Positions 20,601 to 29,375 are shown, numbered from the stretch's first letter. The stretch is 37,797 nt of DNA from Coleofasciculus sp. B1-GNL1-01 (GCA_040220235.1 JAVJTO010000149.1); one strand, 5' to 3'. Numbers and translations are program-made. The notes: generated from the letters alone by a model not told the origin.

Positions 20601-22290
20601 AGCTAGTAGCAACATTGGGATGATTTTCTCCCAAACGTTGGACAGTAACAGATAGACAATCCTTACACCAAGGTTCAGCTTGATTATAGAGTCCTTGACC
20701 TTTGTAAAAACGACCTAATCCAACAAAAGGCACAATTAAATCATCATCCGTCAACCAGTCTTGTTGACTCCTCGCTGCTTCTGCAATATGAGGAATCACC
20801 GGATTGACTGCTTTAATCTCTGCCAATGTCGGCGTCTCTGGAATTTTCCTGGCTTCCCCTACCATCACCCGACAAAAATCCCGCTTCAACTCCTCCGCTA
20901 TCCCTGACGCTTCCCGCTTACTAATCAAAAATTCCCGAATCAGGGGATGTAATTGATACAACTCCTTCCCTTGACGCTGCACTAAATGCAGATTCACCAA
21001 CCCATAATCCCTAATTTCCTCCAACTCCTCCTCATCCATCTCTGTAAAACACGCCTCCACCAATCGCCAGGGAATTGGCGTCGCCGCAAATAAACTTAAC
21101 CCTATCCCCAACTCCCGCGCTGACTCATCTAATTCTTGCCAACTCAACTCAAACGCATCTCTTACCCCCAATTGCGCCGTCATATCAGCCTCTGACTTCG
21201 GCTTTTTCAGCGCTAACTGTTCCAACCGTTTCGCCTGCAACCGAGATAACATTTCCTGTAACGATAAATCCGGTTTTCGCCGCAAATATCGCCCCACCAA
21301 CTCCAAACCCAAGGGCAGATATCCCAACCAGCGACAGAGTTTTCGCCCTTCCCAGGGTTCGGATTGCAGCCGTTCTCGTCCAATCAGCGATTCTAACAAC
21401 GCCAATGCTGCTCTGGGTTTCAGAACATCCAGGGGTAACTGGCGAATCGACGCCCCCAAGTCTAACCGTGTCGTGATGAGTACCTTAAACCGAGAAGCAT
21501 CCGGGGGCAGATACTGCCGCACTTGCTGATAATCGGTGACATCATCAATAATAATCAGCACCGGTCCCGGCGGTAGCCAATTTCGCCAGCAGTACGCCAC
21601 CTGAAGTGGTAACTCTAACCCCTCTGGAATGGATAAGGGTAAATACGCCCTGGCAAATTGGACTATCTGAATCCCCAAATCCACACCTCGCCCATTCAAC
21701 CAGCACACGCCACCCAGGTAAACGGAATCTGGAAAACCTCTCTCCAAACCTCTCTCCTGCTCTTGAGAAGGCTTTGAATTCTCCCCCTTCCCTTGCAGGG
21801 AAGGGGGCTGGGGGGTTAGGTTTGATACGGTCACGTCTGTACGATTATGGGAATAGCGCCTAGCATATTGCAGCGCCAACTCGGTTTTCCCCACACCTCC
21901 CATCCCCGCCACCGCAGAAATAGCAACTTGCTGATTATCCTGTAACTGTTGATGTAGCGTAGCCAGGGCGGATTCTCGTCCCACAAACTGAACCACCCCA
22001 CTGAGGGGCAGATTCTGGGGAATACCTGTGGGTTGAGGCTGACGCTCTGATACTATCTCTTGTAAGATTGCCTTAATCGTCTCGGCATCAGCACCGTAAT
22101 AGGTAGGATTAATTTGAATATCCCCAGCTTGACCAATGTGACCGATATTAATATTGTGATCCCCTTCTTGCGCCACAATCTGGTCACCGCGAACAATCAC
22201 CGCATCCCGCAGCGCGATAATATCGGCTTCAGTATGGGAATGGGTAGCGACTCGGTTAAGAATTGCCTGTAATTGCTCAAGCGTGGTCAT
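17656..22290 (-). CDS. NLR-like STAND protein: EAD10-like N-terminus with amyloid-like motif, NB-ARC ATPase, and 23 kinesin-light-chain-type 42-aa TPRs
   Basis: FVGRE, Walker A GMGGVGKT, Walker B LIIIDDV, LITTR, GYLPLGL and LHPLIR; repeats of the form HPxVATSLNNLAxLYxxQGRYxEAEPLY. Confidence 0.95.
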   Translation of the reverse strand: MTTLEQLQAILNRVATHSHTEADIIALRDAVIVRGDQIVAQEGDHNINIGHIGQAGDIQINPTYYGADAETIKAILQEIVSERQPQPTGIPQNLPLSGVVQFVGRESALATLHQQLQDNQQVAISAVAGMGGVGKTELALQYARRYSHNRTDVTVSNLTPQPPSLQGKGENSKPSQEQERGLERGFPDSVYLGGVCWLNGRGVDLGIQIVQFARAYLPLSIPEGLELPLQVAYCWRNWLPPGPVLIIIDDVTDYQQVRQYLPPDASRFKVLITTRLDLGASIRQLPLDVLKPRAALALLESLIGRERLQSEPWEGRKLCRWLGYLPLGLELVGRYLRRKPDLSLQEMLSRLQAKRLEQLALKKPKSEADMTAQLGVRDAFELSWQELDESARELGIGLSLFAATPIPWRLVEACFTEMDEEELEEIRDYGLVNLHLVQRQGKELYQLHPLIREFLISKREASGIAEELKRDFCRVMVGEARKIPETPTLAEIKAVNPVIPHIAEAARSQQDWLTDDDLIVPFVGLGRFYKGQGLYNQAEPWCKDCLSVTVQRLGENHPNVATSLNDLAQLYLFQGCYEEAEPLYLDALALRKRRLGDNHPYVANSLNNLAGLYKSQGRYQEAEPLYLKALALYKRRLGENHPDVATSLNNLAGLYNDQGRYQEAEPLYLEALALRKCLLGESHPNVATSLNDLAQLYLFQGRYEEAEPFYLESLALFKRLLGENHPYVATSLNNLAGLYESQGRYQEAEPVYLEALVLRKRLLGDNHPHVAISLNDLAELYYYQGRYQEAEPLYLDALALRKRLLGDNHPNVAASLNNLAKLYHYQGRYQEAEPLYLEALALTKRLLGENHPDVATSLSGLAELYRSQGRYEEAEPVYLEALALYKRLLGDNHPNVATSLNNLAKLYSSQGRYEEAEPVYLEALALYKRLLRENHPHVAISLNNLAGLYSSQGRYEEAEPLYLETLALCKRLLGENHPHVAASLNNLAQLYSSQGRYEEAEPLYLEALARYKRLLGDNHLYVATSLSCLAQLYKSQGRYEEAEPLYLDALALRKHLLGESHPDVATSLNNLAQLYKFQGRYQEAEPLYLDTLKLRKRLLGDNHSDVATSLNNLAELYRFQGRYQEAEPLYLEALARYKRLLGDNHLYVATSLSCLAQLYKSQGRYEEAEPLYLDALALRKHLLGESHPDVATSLNNLAELYKSQGRYQEAEPLYLDTLKLRKRLLGESHSDVATSLHNLALLYDSQGRYEEAEPLYLDALALYKRLLGDNHLYVATSLSCLAQLYKSQGRYEEAEPLYLDALVLRKHLLGESHPDVATSLNNLAELYKSQGRYQEAEPLYLDTLKLKKRLLGENHPDVATSLNNLAELYRFQGRYEEAEPFYLEALALYKRLLGASHPSVATSLNNLALLYKSQGRYQEAEPLFLDALALYKRLLGDNHPYVVTSLNNLALLYKSQGRYQETEPLYLEALALRKHLLGDNHADVAQSLDNLAGLYFFQGRYQEAEPLYLDALAIADRTLGSNHPNTILYRNNLQLLHYRLRHSP
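17720..20630 (-). repeat. 126-bp intragenic tandem repeat array encoding the TPRs
   Basis: 23 highly conserved units with a 378-bp higher-order period (HLYVATSLSCL units at about 19230, 18850 and 18470). Confidence 0.95.
21721..21843. mobile_element. Palindromic MITE-like repeat inserted in frame in the NB-ARC domain
   Basis: CCCCCTTCCCT-TGC-AGGGAAGGGGG hairpin (21783-21807); encodes LTPQPPSLQGKGENSKP...RGLERG between the Walker A helix and YxGGVCW. Confidence 0.75.
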
Positions 22291-22297
22291 AGTTTGT

Positions 22298-22720
22298 AGA
22301 ACCCGTAGGGTGCGTTAGCGACAGCGTAACGCACCGAACCAACTATCAAAACTCGTCGAGTACGTTAACAAAGTAACACACCAAATCAATTACCAGAATC
22401 CGTAGGGTGCGTTAACGAAGTAACGCACCAAACCAACCATGAGAACTCGTCGGGTACGTTAACAAAATAACGCACCAAACCAATTACCAGAACCCGTCGG
22501 GTATGTTAACAAAATAACGCACCAAACCAACCATCAGAACCCGTCGGGTACGTTAACAAAATAACGCACCGAACCAACCATCAGAACCCGTAGGGTGCGT
22601 TAACGAAGTAACGCACCAAACCAACCATGAGAACCCGTCGGGTACGTTAACAAAGCAGACACACCAATGATGGGGGTACAGGTGCGTTACGCTATCGCTA
22701 ACGCACCCTACAAACCCTAC
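22298..22720. repeat. REP array upstream of RAYT: 8 direct 47-bp units plus one inverted REP
   Basis: Unit AGAACCC-GT(A/C)G-GGT(G/A)CGTTA-AC(G/A)AA(G/A)-TAACGCACC-(A/G)AACCAACCATC; inverted REP at 22681-22711. Confidence 0.93.
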
Positions 22721-22773
22721 AAATAGATCTCATCGGTGGTATTTTAAAATAAACAACTCACCTCAGAATACCT

Positions 22774-23325
22774 ATGCCTAACTACCGCCGAACTAAACAT
22801 CCTGGTGGTACTTATTTTCTCACCCAAGTCACACATCATCGTCAACCTTGGCTAATCAGCGATATCGCACGACTTGCACTCCGCACGGCAATCACCCATG
22901 TTCGTCACAACTATCCCTTCACTATCAACGCCTTTGTACTTTTACCCAATCATTTCCATTGTTTATGGACATTACCAGAAGGAGATGGCGATTTATCAAC
23001 TCGACTGCGATTAATTAAAACCTTTGTTACGAAACGCTACGGCAATCAATTGGAAATTTATGCCGATATTTCTTCCTCTCGACAAAAACGACAAGAACGC
23101 AATCTATGGCAAAGACGATTTTGGGAACATCTAATTCGGGATGATAGAGATTTTGCTAATCATTGCGATTATATCCATTACAATCCGGTGCGACATCAAT
23201 TATGCCAGAGTCCGCAGGATTGGCAATTTTCAACGATTCATCGATTTATTAATCAAGGTATTTATCCGCCCAATTGGGGGATGAGTGAAATTCCAGAGAT
23301 GTTTAACAGTATTTGGGATATATAG
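22774..23325 (+). CDS. rayT: REP-associated tyrosine transposase (RAYT/TnpA-REP, Y1 HUH)
   Basis: MPNYRR...GGTYFLT, HUH motif LPNHFHCLW, LWQRRFWEHLIRD and DYIHYNPVRH; flanked by GTAG REPs. Confidence 0.95.
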   Translation: MPNYRRTKHPGGTYFLTQVTHHRQPWLISDIARLALRTAITHVRHNYPFTINAFVLLPNHFHCLWTLPEGDGDLSTRLRLIKTFVTKRYGNQLEIYADISSSRQKRQERNLWQRRFWEHLIRDDRDFANHCDYIHYNPVRHQLCQSPQDWQFSTIHRFINQGIYPPNWGMSEIPEMFNSIWDI

Positions 23326-23331
23326 TTAGTC

Positions 23332-23527
23332 GTAGGGTGCGTTAACGAAGTAACGCACCGAACCAACCATCAGAACCCGTCGAGTACGTTAACGAAGTAA
23401 CGCACCCAACCAATTATCAGAACTCGTCGGGTACGTTAACAAAGCAGATACACCGATGATGAGGGTAAAGGTTAAAGGTGTCTTACGCTGTCGAAAGGTG
23501 CGTTACGCTGTCGCTAACGCACCCTAC
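23332..23527. repeat. REP array downstream of RAYT: 3 direct units plus an inverted REP
   Basis: Same 47-bp unit; inverted REP at 23497-23527 preceded by a partial duplicate and followed by (G/A)AATGAC heptamers. Confidence 0.92.
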
Positions 23528-23551
23528 GAATGACGAATGACAAATGACGAA

Positions 23552-24553
23552 TTACGATTTCTTCTTTATCCTAATCTCTCCAGCACGGGCAATATTCCCG
23601 AAATTTACATTACCTGAACCTGAACTATCAACGGTTTGAGTTCCTGAGGCTATAGCCACATCTCTACCTGCAATAACTCTCCCCATTGTCTCAGCTACAT
23701 CTGCTTCTACTGCTTCCCATCCATTCTCCGGTAAACCCTTCCCTCCCCGCAATAATGACACCGCAAAATCCTCGGTGACTAAATCAAAGAAAGGGATTTG
23801 TTCTTGTTGATATTCGTGCTGCACTGTTTCGGGAACCGCTTTTCCCAGATAATTCATTAAATTCGACACCCGCACCACTGTATCTCCTGGTTGATTCCCC
23901 GCCCCTTGCAGCGCTTCGATTAAATGATAGGTGTAGACACTCATCGCCCCATCCCCACGAATCCAAGACGACTGTGTGCCTCTTGAGGAGGTAAAAACCA
24001 CCCGTCCTTCACCCTGTTTCAGTTCCTCAATAAACTGTTTCGGTAACGCCGTTTGTGCAAAATCTGTGGGTAGTTTAATCGGGACAATTTTATCCTTTGC
24101 TGTTGCCATCCCTTGAGCATGACAACTATCAATAATTACCAGCAATCGTTTCGCACAAATCTGGCGTATTGCCTCGGTAAAGGCTTGAGCCGAAACTGCC
24201 GAGTCGGGGATATCCACGGCTTCAATATCATGTTGAATCAAATAGTATTTACCCGTAGACTGATCTAGCCAGCCGTGACCAGAATAATAGATAATAATCG
24301 TCGCCTCAGTATCCGCCGCCGCTTGTGCTTTCAGCCAGGTTAATCCATCAACTATCGCCTGACGGGTTGCCCCAGCATCATACAATAAACGGATATGCTG
24401 TTCATCATTCAGATAACCACAAAGATTTGGATCAGTGAGAATTGACTGAATGGCGTGCATATCCTTTACCGTCACCGGAAGTGACCATTTCGGGTAAGCG
24501 GATTCACCCACACCAATGAGTAAAGCGTAACCATGAGAGAATGTAGTGGTCAA
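23552..24553 (-). CDS. Caspase-like peptidase C14 (metacaspase/orthocaspase type) with a short G/N/I-rich C-terminal tail
   Basis: YALLIGVG, YYSGHG (His), IDSCHA (Cys), SVYTYHLIEALQG and QIP; TTG start. Confidence 0.93.
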   Translation of the reverse strand: MTTTFSHGYALLIGVGESAYPKWSLPVTVKDMHAIQSILTDPNLCGYLNDEQHIRLLYDAGATRQAIVDGLTWLKAQAAADTEATIIIYYSGHGWLDQSTGKYYLIQHDIEAVDIPDSAVSAQAFTEAIRQICAKRLLVIIDSCHAQGMATAKDKIVPIKLPTDFAQTALPKQFIEELKQGEGRVVFTSSRGTQSSWIRGDGAMSVYTYHLIEALQGAGNQPGDTVVRVSNLMNYLGKAVPETVQHEYQQEQIPFFDLVTEDFAVSLLRGGKGLPENGWEAVEADVAETMGRVIAGRDVAIASGTQTVDSSGSGNVNFGNIARAGEIRIKKKS

Positions 24554-24623
24554 AGGCTTATTGAGCGTACCATTGATGTTAAGTATACACCCATACTGAT
24601 ATAGAGGCGAGGAGAGTGAACCA

Positions 24624-24750
24624 ATGAGTTTAGTGATTCCCGATGATTGTTGTCAGTAATACCTCGCCTATTTTTTATCTTTCTACTATTGGTCAGCTTG
24701 ATTTGCTGCGTCAACTCTACAATGAAGTCGTGATTTCTACGGCAGTTAAG
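24624..24750 (+). pseudogene. Collapsed UPF0175/DUF3368 (PIN-like) toxin-antitoxin-type pair
   Basis: AGGAG RBS, then MSLVIPDD (UPF0175-like start) running straight into MIVVSNTSPIFYLSTIGQLDLLRQLYNEVVISTAV (DUF3368-like start, ATG 24643), which is truncated. Confidence 0.7.
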
Positions 24751-24799
24751 CTTTCTAATCATTATACTGTCCCACAGAAAACCTTAAAAACGATGTGTT

Positions 24800-24829
24800 G
24801 GTGCGTTACGCTTCGCTAACGCACCCTAC
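24800..24829 (-). repeat. Solo inverted REP, right border of the island and downstream of metH
   Basis: Reverse complement reads GTAG-GGTGCGTTA-GCGAAGCG-TAACGCACC. Confidence 0.9.
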
Positions 24830-24852
24830 GATTAAGTGCGATTAAGGTAGAA

Positions 24853-27800
24853 TTAAGCGCTGAAATATTTGGCGACGGGATGATAGGTAACGATCGCGGT
24901 GGTGGATTGTTCTGGATATAGCTGTTCACTTTCATCCATGTACAGGTTGATGCGATCGCACGCCAACAACTCCAGTTGCTTGTACTGATCCTGGATATTC
25001 GGACAAGCGGGATAGCCGAAGCTGTAGCGCGAACCTTGATACCGTTGCGCTAAGACATCTCGAATGGTATCCGGTTCCTCTCCACCAAAGCCTAATTCCC
25101 GACGAATTCGGGCGTGTGTCCATTCGGCTAGGGCTTCTGCCATTTGGACGGCTAAACCGTGATAGTAGAGATAATCGGTATATTGATCTGATTCAAATAG
25201 CTGCTTGGCGTATCGGGTAGCAACTTCCCCCACGGTTACCGCCTGCATCGGGAAAACATCGATAATTCCGGAGTCTTTCGGTGCAAAGAAATCCGCAATA
25301 CACAGACGCCGTCCCGATTTTTGGCGCGGGAATTTAAATGTGGCAATCGGTTCCCATTTCTCTGGATTCTTCTCACCCCCTTGATTCATCAGATCCGGAT
25401 CAAACAGATGCAGCGAGTTTCCTTCCGATTGACAAGGAAAATAACCATAAATGATTTGCAGATGCAACAAGTTCTCCGCTACAACTCGCTTTTTCCAGTC
25501 GTCGAGAATCGGATAAACTGTCTCTTCTAGAAACTGATTATACTCCTCACGGGATTGGTCTTTCGGTTTGCGGAATTGCCATTGTCCAGCAATTAGCGCC
25601 TGCAAATCTAGATACCAAAATGCCTCATCGATGGGAATATCTTCGGGTTGCAGAATCCGAGTTCCCCAGAAGGGTGGAGTTGGGCGATTAAGGTCTAAGG
25701 TGATATGTTCAGAACGGCGGGTATCTTCTACCTCTGGAACTGCTTGTTTTGCCGATGACTGCGGCTTCTCTTTCTTCTGATCAGATTTACCGTTTTCTGA
25801 GGGCTGATTGCTGCCATTGGGACTGTCATCCACTTCATCTAAGAAGCCTTTTAAATCATCCCACTTTTCACCCGCTTTAGCGGGCATGAGTTTATCCATG
25901 AAGTGTAAGTCGGAAAACGCATCTTTGCCATACACGACTTTCCCGTTATAAGCCGACTGACAATCCTGATAGACGAACTTCGGCGTTAATGCTGCACCGC
26001 CTAAAATGACGGGAACGGTGATTCCCTGTTCATTAAAGGTTTCCAGGTTATCTTTCATAAATGCTGTGGATTTCACCAGCAGCCCACTCATGGCAATACA
26101 ATCGGCATTATGTTCTTTGTACGCATCAATGATGTTGTCTACGGGCTGCTTGATTCCCAGATTAATCACCTTATAGCCATTATTGGTGAGGATGATATCC
26201 ACCAGGTTTTTACCAATGTCGTGAACATCGCCTTTTACTGTGGCAATTACCATGATTCCCTTGGCGTTATTATCCCCGTCTTCTTTTTCCATATACGGTT
26301 CTAAATACGCCACCGCCGCTTTCATGGTTTCGGCGGATTGTAAGACAAAGGGAAGTTGCATTTGTCCAGAACCAAAAAGTTCCCCGACAACTTTCATTCC
26401 ATCTAAGAGGAAAGTATTGATAATGTCCAAAGGTTGATAGGTTTCTAAGGCTTTTGCCAGACTATCATCTAAGCCAATCCGTTCCCCATCGATGATGTGA
26501 CGCTTGAGGCGTTCCTCAATTGGCAGATTTTCATCCACCGTGCGATCGCGCTTGGTGGTTTTGCCTTCAAATAGCTGAGTAATCTCCCCTAACGGATCAT
26601 AGGTGCAGATATCGCCATCAAACTCCCGTTGATCATAAATCAGTTTCCGGCAAATCTCTTGATGTTCGGGTTCAATTTTGGCTACAGGTAAAATCTTACT
26701 GGCGCTAACAATCGCTGCATCTAACCCCACCGCCATGGCTTCGTGGAGGAACATGGAGTTTAATACTACCCTCGCGGCGGGATTGAGTCCGAAGGAGATA
26801 TTAGAAACACCGAGAATAATATGACATCCGGGTAATTCTTCCCGCATCCGGCGAATGGATTCAATTGTCGCTTTCCCATTGCTTCTGTCTTCTTCAATCC
26901 CCGTCGAAATCGGTAACGCCAGGGGGTCAAAAAAGATTTCATGGGCGGGAATTCCATAGTCTATAGCTTGGTGATACGCCCGTTGTGCGATCGCGAATTT
27001 TCGGTCAGCGGTTCGCGCCATCCCCTCTTCGTCAATTGTCCCGACAATTACACCCGCGCCATACATTTTGGCTAAGTCTAAGACTTTCAGAAACCGTTCT
27101 TCCCCATCCTCATAGTTGGTGGAATTGAGGATACATTTCCCCCCGGCGACTTTTAACCCCGCCTCCATCTTTTGCCATTCCGTGGAGTCCAGCACTAGGG
27201 GTAAGGTAACATTGGTGACTAAACGGGAAACCAATTCATGCATATCCTGTTCCCCATCTCGTCCCACATAGTCCACATTCACATCGAGGACATGGGCACC
27301 TTCGCGTACCTGCGCCCTGGCTAAGGCAACTAATCCATCCCAGTCTTCTTCATTCAATAAAGTACGGCATTTTTTCGACCCACTGGCATTTAAGCGTTCA
27401 CCGACAATTAGGAACGAGTTATCCTGCTCATAAGGTTGGGTGGAATAAATCGAAGCAGCGGCGGGTTCGTACTCTGGGTGACGTTCTTTTGGCGTCAGGG
27501 TTTGGGCAATTTCAGCTAATTGTTGAATATGTTCCGGGCGGGTTCCACAACAACCGCCAATCACCTGGACACCCAAGTCTTCGATAAAATGCATTAACGC
27601 CATTCTGAGTTCCATTGGCGTTAATTTATAATGGGCTTTCCCGCCCACATTTTCCGGTAATCCCGCATTGGGGATACAAGACACCACAAAGGGCGAATGC
27701 TGGGACAAATACTTGATATGATCCTTCATGCGATCGGGTCCCGTGGCGCAGTTGAGACCGAGAATATCGATGGGATAGCGTTCCAAAATTGCCAGGGCTG

Positions 27801-28431
27801 CGCCAATTTCGGTTCCCACCAGCATGGTTCCCTGAACTTCCACCGTTACCGATACCATAATCGGGCGGCGTTCCCCTTTCTTACGAAACACCTCCTCCAC
27901 CCCATTCAGTGCGGCTTTAATTTGCAGCACATCCTGACAGGTTTCAATAATCATTAAATCGACACCGCCATCATAGAGTCCTTCGGCTTGTTCGACAAAG
28001 GCGGCTTGCATCGTGTCAAAATCAATATGTCCCAATGTGGGGAGTTTCGTGGTGGGTCCAATGGAACCCGCGACAAATCGGGGTTTTTCGGGTGTGGAGA
28101 ATTCCGCTGCAACCTTTTTAGCGAGTTCTGCGGCGGCTTTATTCAGGGAATAGGCTTGATCAGCTAAATCATATTCTGCCAGAACAATCGACGCCCCCCC
28201 AAACGTATCCGTCTCAATCACATCCGCCCCGGCTTCCAGGAAACGACGATGTACCGTCGCCACGGCTTCCGGTTTGGTATGAACCAGATACTCATTACAT
28301 CCTTCATACTTCGCCCCACCAAAGTCTTCAGCGGTGAGGTTTTGGATTTGCAGGTTGGTTCCCATCGCGCCATCGAAGACGAGAACCGGGCGTTGGGGAC
28401 TATGAAGGCGAGTTAGGAAGGCACTGTTCAT
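24853..28431 (-). CDS. metH: B12-dependent methionine synthase
   Basis: [35 protein letters not shown] cobalamin motif and [10 protein letters not shown]. Confidence 0.98.
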   Translation of the reverse strand: MNSAFLTRLHSPQRPVLVFDGAMGTNLQIQNLTAEDFGGAKYEGCNEYLVHTKPEAVATVHRRFLEAGADVIETDTFGGASIVLAEYDLADQAYSLNKAAAELAKKVAAEFSTPEKPRFVAGSIGPTTKLPTLGHIDFDTMQAAFVEQAEGLYDGGVDLMIIETCQDVLQIKAALNGVEEVFRKKGERRPIMVSVTVEVQGTMLVGTEIGAALAILERYPIDILGLNCATGPDRMKDHIKYLSQHSPFVVSCIPNAGLPENVGGKAHYKLTPMELRMALMHFIEDLGVQVIGGCCGTRPEHIQQLAEIAQTLTPKERHPEYEPAAASIYSTQPYEQDNSFLIVGERLNASGSKKCRTLLNEEDWDGLVALARAQVREGAHVLDVNVDYVGRDGEQDMHELVSRLVTNVTLPLVLDSTEWQKMEAGLKVAGGKCILNSTNYEDGEERFLKVLDLAKMYGAGVIVGTIDEEGMARTADRKFAIAQRAYHQAIDYGIPAHEIFFDPLALPISTGIEEDRSNGKATIESIRRMREELPGCHIILGVSNISFGLNPAARVVLNSMFLHEAMAVGLDAAIVSASKILPVAKIEPEHQEICRKLIYDQREFDGDICTYDPLGEITQLFEGKTTKRDRTVDENLPIEERLKRHIIDGERIGLDDSLAKALETYQPLDIINTFLLDGMKVVGELFGSGQMQLPFVLQSAETMKAAVAYLEPYMEKEDGDNNAKGIMVIATVKGDVHDIGKNLVDIILTNNGYKVINLGIKQPVDNIIDAYKEHNADCIAMSGLLVKSTAFMKDNLETFNEQGITVPVILGGAALTPKFVYQDCQSAYNGKVVYGKDAFSDLHFMDKLMPAKAGEKWDDLKGFLDEVDDSPNGSNQPSENGKSDQKKEKPQSSAKQAVPEVEDTRRSEHITLDLNRPTPPFWGTRILQPEDIPIDEAFWYLDLQALIAGQWQFRKPKDQSREEYNQFLEETVYPILDDWKKRVVAENLLHLQIIYGYFPCQSEGNSLHLFDPDLMNQGGEKNPEKWEPIATFKFPRQKSGRRLCIADFFAPKDSGIIDVFPMQAVTVGEVATRYAKQLFESDQYTDYLYYHGLAVQMAEALAEWTHARIRRELGFGGEEPDTIRDVLAQRYQGSRYSFGYPACPNIQDQYKQLELLACDRINLYMDESEQLYPEQSTTAIVTYHPVAKYFSA

Positions 28432-28595
28432 AACTGTCTTGGCAATCTGGGTGTAGATAAATATTAGTGTAGGCGCAATGTATGACTACACACAACCTGA
28501 GGTGAGGGGATGACGGGGCGCGATCGCACGTTAGACCCCATCCATACTCTACCTTGCCTCTAAGGACTAAAAGCTCGTGAACGGGAATTCCATTG

Positions 28596-28779
28596 TCAAA
28601 CCCTTTCAATGTAAGCACTCAGAAATATCAGTTGATTAATCATCTCTTCGGATGAATTATTCGGTAGCCAATTTCAGCAAGCCTCGCAACTGCTGTCCAA
28701 TCGAGCATTGTTGCTGTGAGGCGAGAACGATTCCTGTATGATTTCTTTCTGGGGTTATAAAATCACGATGCAAATTGAC
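28596..28779 (-). pseudogene. C-terminal remnant of a DUF5615-like PIN protein
   Basis: NLHRDFITPERNHTGIVLASQQQCSIGQQLRGLLKLA, a frameshift, then SEEMINQLIFLSAYIERV*. Confidence 0.6.
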
Positions 28780-28814
28780 TTGGTGAATTTTTATTCTCAT
28801 CCTAACTCGTTATT

Positions 28815-28883
28815 GGTGGGTTACGGCGGACATCAAATTAAAGGGTAACCATTGAAATGGCATAACCGCCTAACCCACCCTAC
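28815..28883 (-). repeat. Long-loop REP (GTAG-GGTGGGTTA-GGCGG...CCGCCG-TAACCCACC), copy 1
   Basis: 69-bp element, near-identical to 29795-29863. Confidence 0.85.
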
Positions 28884-29014
28884 TAGCGTGGCACACCTTA
28901 TTTGGTCGATTAGCATTGGTTCGTAGTGAGGGCTTCAGCCCTCTCCAGATAGGCGTTAGAGAACTAAAGTTCTCACTACAAACAAAGTCCTATTTTAGTT
29001 GGATCACGCCACTA
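28884..29014. mobile_element. MITE-like element containing a REP doublet (28923-28979)
   Basis: Imperfect inverted ends TAGCGTGGC...CACGCCACTA; internal GTAGTGAGGGCTTCAGCCCTC...GAGAACTAAAGTTCTCACTAC. Confidence 0.6.
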
Positions 29015-29235
29015 CCTGTTTGAGAAAGAGGGCGGATGAGGAAGACAAAAGGACAAAAGATAAGGCAGAATGAACAGATAAGGTAAATTCTCCTCTCTCA
29101 AATCATCCAACATTAAACTATATGGGCAGACGGTCAACTCTTACACAATGGACTACATCGCATCAAGTCAACCTTGGGACGAGGTGCGTTCGACTGGACT
29201 AATATCCCAATCGTTAAATTTGAGTGTTTCAGAAC

Positions 29236-29365
29236 ATGAAGTTACCCAATGGATACAGAGCCAAACTGGGAGATAAACTGGAGCGGTATTCACTGAATAT
29301 GCAGCATCCGAAGGGTAAAGACAAAGCTAACCTATTTAGGATTGCTATATCCTGTAGATCAGTGA
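29236..29365 (+). pseudogene. Internally deleted DUF6883-like (putative toxin) gene
   Basis: MKLPNGYRAKLGDKLERYSLNMQHPKGKDKANLFR, then abrupt loss of similarity, directly upstream of the DUF4926 gene. Confidence 0.65.
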
Positions 29366-29375
29366 GGATACAACC

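Noticed and set aside
17720..20630. Diversity-generating retroelement target
   Set aside because: No reverse transcriptase or separate template repeat in the window; the variation fits intragenic repeat shuffling.
21075..21863. Plus-strand ORFs of 133 aa and 85 aa, and similar short ORFs overlapping mltA, rnj, asd, tig, clpX and metH
   Set aside because: Antisense or alternative-frame shadows of well-supported genes with no recognisable motifs.
22298..22720. CRISPR array
   Set aside because: The segments between palindromes are near-identical and only about 19 bp, there are no cas genes, and the GTAG-REP structure next to a RAYT explains the array.
17100..24850. Gasdermin or other dedicated caspase substrate gene
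   Set aside because: No suitable ORF near the caspase; the substrate is unknown or encoded elsewhere.
28432..28600. Cobalamin or SAM riboswitch upstream of metH
   Set aside because: No recognisable B12-box or S-box consensus by eye; an Rfam scan would be needed.
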